NCBI GenBank assembly: GCA_048128005.1
Contig: JBEUKZ010000122.1
Coordinates: 62,001-126,000 of the forward strand
Direction: 5' to 3'
Length of the DNA stretch: 64,000 bases
Origin: Veleropilina oligotropha
Taxonomy: Eukaryota
Shown here: piece after piece, positions 58,840 through 64,000 of the stretch
How positions within the stretch are numbered: position 1 is the stretch's first letter
Layout: the number at the start of each line of letters is the position of its first letter
Made by a program: the position numbers and the translations under genes
The notes under the pieces: model-generated
What the model saw: only the letters and a program-made list of their open reading frames with translations
Told to the model about the DNA's origin: nothing
The model's database searches: none

Positions 58840-61072
58840 ATTAGGGCCCCGTTAGGGAGCCCTATAGTGATCACCTTTTCCGTCCGTCCGTCCGTCCGTC
58901 TGTCCGTCCGTCCGTCCTTCCGTCCGTCCGTCCGTCCGTCCGTCCGTCCGTCCGATGCTCATTTGGTTAAGGTTCAGGTTAAACCTTCTGTTAACATAAT
59001 TTGATATGAATGTATGGTAATAAATGAACAAGGGAATGTTCCTAAATGCTGTATTGAGATTAACGAAAGGAATTTCATATGTTTAATTGACATAGGAGAG
59101 AATTTAGGTTCAAAAATCTTGGTTAAGCTGTTTGGTTAAACGTTCTATTTGGTATTAATGGTTCACTTTTTCCGTATAGTTTGCTTGATAAAGGCACTTT
59201 TTTGTCGCAGGCTTCTTTGAATATTATTATTATGGATAATTCCAGAAACTGGAGTGTTGATATCGAACGAATTTATTAGAAATTTTCATGGTTAAGGTAC
59301 CAGGTTAAAGGTTCAACTTGAAGCATTTTTGAAAGTTTTATGGTCAGGTTTGATTTTTTAACAAAGTTAAATGCTTGGTTATCATTTCAAGGAGCACTTT
59401 TATTAAAGGCAACTGTTTACCAAATGAATTTTTTTTTTTTTACTTTTAACAGTAAATTTAAAAGAAAATAGTTTGGTTAAGGTACCAGGTTAAGGGTTCT
59501 CATTGAATCATTTTTGAAAGTTTTTTAGCAGTTTTTACAATGTTAAGTGATTGAATATCATTTCAAGGAGCAGTTTTATTACAGGTAATTGTAATTGTTA
59601 CCAATTGGATTCATTTTTTAAAATTTTATAGGGAAATTTAAAAGAAAATAGTGTGGTTAAGATTCCAAGTTTTAGTTTCTAAGCATTTCTGAAAGTTTTA
59701 TGGCCATGTTTGATATTCTAACAGACTTAAATGTTTGTAATGCATGGTAGCTGTAAATGTTATCTAATGGATACATTGAAATTTTACATTTCAAATTTTA
59801 AATTTATTTTTAAATTTAATTTTAAATTTTAAATTTAATTGTAAATTTAATTGAAAAGAAAATCGTTATTGATCTTCAATGTCTATCTGTTTCGGTCATT
59901 TGTCTCTCTGTCAGACTTGCTCTAGGCTTGTAGTTGTTACTACAGGTACAGTAAGCCGTGAGACTTAAGGTGACAGGTTGTGGGGCTATATATATTTAAT
60001 ATCATAGCTTCCCTGTTGGCAGTAGCCAATGGGTTCATGATCATACTAGTATCAAGAGCAAGCTGTATCCCATGGCCAATACAAGCTTCATAAAATGGTC
60101 AATGTGTGTGGAATCATAAATGTTATTAGGGCCCCGTCAGTGTCCGAGCTCTATAGTGATCACCTTTTCCATACGTCCGTCGCACATTTACTTAAGGTCC
60201 AGGAACCAAGGTTAAACATTCTGTAAACATAATTAAAGCTCCGTCAGGGAGCCCTGTAGGGATCACTTTTTTCGTCCGTCGCATATTTGGTTAAGGTCCA
60301 GGTTAAAAACCTTTTGTTAACATAATTTGATATGAATGTATGGCAATAAATGAACAAGGAAATGTTCCTACATGCTGTATTGAGATTAGCGAAAGGACTT
60401 TCACATGTTTAATTGGCATAGGAGAGAATTTAGCTGCAAAAATCTTAGTTAATATGCTGTTTGTAAATTTCACATGTTTAATCGACATAGGAGAGAATTT
60501 AGCATAACAAATCTTGGATAAGCTGTTTGGTTTTGGTTAAACGTTCTATTTGGTATTAATAATTCACTATTTTCATATACTTTGCCTGATAAAGTCACTT
60601 TTTTGTCAATGGCTTGTTTGAATATCACTATTATAGATCATTACAGAAACTGTAATGTTGATATTGAAGAAATTTAATAGAAATATTCATGGTTAAGGTA
60701 CCAGGTTAAAGGTTCTACTTGAAGCATTTTTTTAAGGTTTATGACCAGCTTTGATGTTTTGACAAAGTTAAATGCTTGGATATTATTTCATTTCATATGA
60801 TTTAATGTTTAGTTTATGTCTGTCTCTGACTACAGGTACATCAAGGTGAGAGAGGTAACAGTTTGTGACACAATATCATCATGTATAGCTTTTATGTTGG
60901 AAATATCCAGTGCATAATGATTTTGGAGTATCAACAGCATAAGCTTCCTCAAATGGTCAATGTAAATTTATCTTCTATTTTTGCATATATAACAATTATT
61001 GCTCACATGTGAATGTTTATCGAGTTATATTGGTGGAGCGGGGCCCACTGTGATGGCACCCCATCACTTGTT
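58840..61072 (+). mobile_element. Large composite HINE/Helentron-like element
   Basis: AGGGCCCCG..AGGGAGCCCTATAG head, (CCGT)n microsatellite, 3' CGGGGCCC plus hairpin GTGATGG..CCATCAC-TTGTT. Other HINE-like repeats at about 28590-28785, 28875-29165, 44934-47685, 46783-47385 and 53205-53528. Confidence 0.65.
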
Positions 61073-62312
61073 ATCTAGTTTTTAAATATAAACATAACTT
61101 TGGTGAAAGTCGATCCCTTGTCTCTCTGTCAGACTTGCTCTAGGCTTGTAGTGTATGCTACAGGCACAGTAAGCAGCGAGACTTAAGGTGATAGTTTATG
61201 AGGTTATATACTTGTATATAGCTTCCCTGTTCGGAATATCCAACAGCTTCTTTGATCATGCTATGATGCCGATCAAGAGTAAACTATCCCATGGTCAGTG
61301 AATGTCCCAGGTTAATGTGCCATATGCTCAATCTTAAGGTTAAGATCACAGTAGAGTTTCATTTGCCCAATCTTCTAATAAGATCCCAGGTTAAAGATTC
61401 ATTTGCCCAATCTTCAGGTTAAGGCCCCAGGTTAACGTTTGTTTTGCCCAATCTTCTGGTTAAGGTCCCAGGTCAAAGTTTCTACTTGTTTGATTTCTGA
61501 AGATTTGCGTTTGGCTCTGTTTCTCAAAAGTATAAGATCTAGATCAACATAACAATAGATGTTTCATGGGTACTGATGTTAAATGAATGCTTCGGATGCT
61601 GAATATTAGTATATAACATATATTACACAACGGCTCTTTTGTTTTAACGAGGTTGGTATTCAGCGTGAACACCTTGTTTTCAATGACGATTCAAAAGTAG
61701 GGTGGTATAGCCATACCAACCTACTTTTCACTCTATACCGACCTGCGTCCGTGCAAGACGGCTAAAGCTGATCACAAGCTAAATTGACAACAAAGGAGCT
61801 ATAATTGGCCGTTGTGTAAGTCGGTTACAAACCTCGTTAGTCGGTATTCATCTATTTGAAAGACCTGCTTCCGTGCTGTAACAACTCGACCGCTCCGCGG
61901 TCTCGGTGTCACGATCCGCACGGGCGCAGGTCTTTCAAATCGATGAATACCTCCAACTCGGTTAGTAACCTATACTTATATAGTACAATGACTTTGTCAT
62001 CATAGTAATCATTAAATCTGTGTTAAGATTTTGCTTTGTTTCCATATATCTTTTCACTCTAGCATCAGTTCAACTTCAAACTTCACATGTGCAAACCTTA
62101 TGAGCTGAAAAAAGTGCATACATATTTTTTTTTAAATAATAATAAATTACAAAAATTATTAAAAAAAAAAATCTTTTTTATATTTCAAGAAGTTTCATGA
62201 TTGATTTTCATCATGTCTCTAGCAGTTATTCTGAAATAATTAATTATGCCTTAAAGTATTTAGGATAGAAATAATGGTATTTTTTGAAGAGTTAGTAAAT
62301 TTATTTTGTTTA

Positions 62313-63840
62313 TTAGGGCCCCGTCAGGGAGCCCTATAGTGATCACCTTTTCCGTCCGTCCGTCCGTCCTTCCGTCCGTCCGATGCTCATTTGGTTAAGG
62401 TTCGGGTTAAACCTTCTGTTAACATAATTTGATATGAATGTATGGTAGGTAATAAATGAACAAGGGAATGTTCCTAAATGCTGTTTTGAGATTAACGAAA
62501 GGAATTTCATATGTTTAATTGACATAGGAGAGAATTTAGGTTAAAAAATCTTGGTTAAGCTGTTTGGTTAAACGTTCTATTTGGTATTAATGGTTCACTT
62601 TTTCCGTATAGTTTGCTTGATAAAGGCACTTTTTTGTCGCAGGCTTCTTTGAATATTATTATTATGGATAATTCCAGAAACTGGAGTGTTGATATCGAGC
62701 GAATTTATTAGAAATTTTCATGGTTAAGGTACCAGGTTAAAGGTTCAACTTGAAGCATTTTTGAAAGTTTTATGGTCAGGTTTGATTTTTGAACAAAGTT
62801 AAATGCTTGGTTATCATTTCAAGGAGCACTTTTATTAAAGGTATTTGCAACTGTTACCAAATGAATTTATTTTTTTTAACTTTTAACAGTAAATTTAAAA
62901 GAAAATATTTTGGTTAAGGTACCAGGTTAAGGGTTCTCATTGAATCATTTTTGAAAGTTTTTTAGCAGTTTTTACAATGTTAAATGATTGAATATCATTT
63001 CAAGGAGCAGTTTTATTACAGGTAATAAATTGTAATTGTTACCAATTGGATTCATTTTTTAAAATTTTATCGGGAAATTTAAAAGAAAATAGTGTGGTTA
63101 AGATTCCAAGTTTTAGTTTCTAAGCATTTTTGAAAGTTTTATGGCCATGTTTGATATTCTAACAGACTTAAATGTTTGTAATGCATGGTAGCTGTAAATG
63201 TTATCTAATGGATACATTGAAATTTTACATTTCAAATTTTAAATTTATTTTTGAATTTAATTTTAAATTTTAAATTTAATTGTAAATTTAATTGAAAAGA
63301 AAATCGTTATTGATCTTCAATGTCTATCTGTTTCGATCATTTGTCTCTCTGTCAGACTTGCTCTAGGCTTGTAGTTGTTACTGCAGGTACAGTAAGCCGT
63401 GAGACTTAAGGTGACAGGTTGTGGGGCTATATATATTTAATATCATAGCTTCCCTGTTGGCAGTAGCCAATGGGTTCTTGATCATACTAGTATCAAGAGC
63501 AAGCTGTCTCCCATGGCCAATACAAGCTTCATAAAATGGTCAATGTGTGTGGAATCATAAATGTTATTAGGGCCCCGTCAGTGTCCGAGCTCTATAGTGA
63601 TCACCTTTTCCATACGTCCGTCGCACATTTACTTAAGGTCCAGGAACCAAGGTTAAACATTCTGTAAACATAATTAAAGCTCCGTCAGGGAGCCCTGTAG
63701 GGATCACTTTTTTCGTCCGTCGCATATTTGGTTAAGGTCCAGGTTAAAAACCTTTTGTTAACATAATTTGATATGAATGTATGGCAATAAATGAACAAGG
63801 AAATGTTCCTACATGCTGTATTGAGATTAGCGAAAGGACT
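62313..63840 (+). repeat. Near-identical direct copy (about 1.5 kb) of 58840-60400
   Basis: Line-by-line identity with few SNPs or indels and a shorter (CCGT)n. Confidence 0.9.
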
Positions 63841-64000
63841 TTTTTTTCATTTATTAGCTATTTAAATAAAGTTATTAGTATACTTATTAAATTTTGGAGA
63901 TCTGCGAGCATAACTGACGCAACCCGTGTGAATTTGGATATATGAAAAAGCGAAAATTCAAATAATAACTTAATTATCCTTTATTCAAATAACATGTAAA

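Noticed and set aside
55720..64000. Further CUL1 exons
   Set aside because: No segment encoding the expected ASTFQMA..LQYN or later motifs was recognised; the region is repeat-derived.

Overview
AT-rich, intron-rich animal genomic DNA. The repeat landscape suggests an invertebrate, probably lophotrochozoan (inference). Two host genes lie head-to-head: a complete DAZAP2-like gene on the minus strand (5 coding exons, 18696->11263) and cullin-1 on the plus strand (14 coding exons, 19708-53684, continuing past the window, first coding intron U12-type). The introns are packed with mobile DNA: a very young Gypsy (Mag-like) LTR retrotransposon nested in a THAP-bearing Kolobok-like element, a Mutator (MULE) element, hAT/Harbinger/P/Tc1-like MITEs, Helitron/Helentron derivatives, two tRNA-SINE families, LINE and Penelope fragments and minisatellites. 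The most striking observation is that the 4.2-kb MULE in the DAZAP2-like intron carries a compact nanos (CCHC)2 zinc-finger ORF, degenerate in this copy, alongside its spliced transposase. A second theme is tandem repeats born from host exon-intron junctions, including about 33 copies of a CUL1 splice donor.
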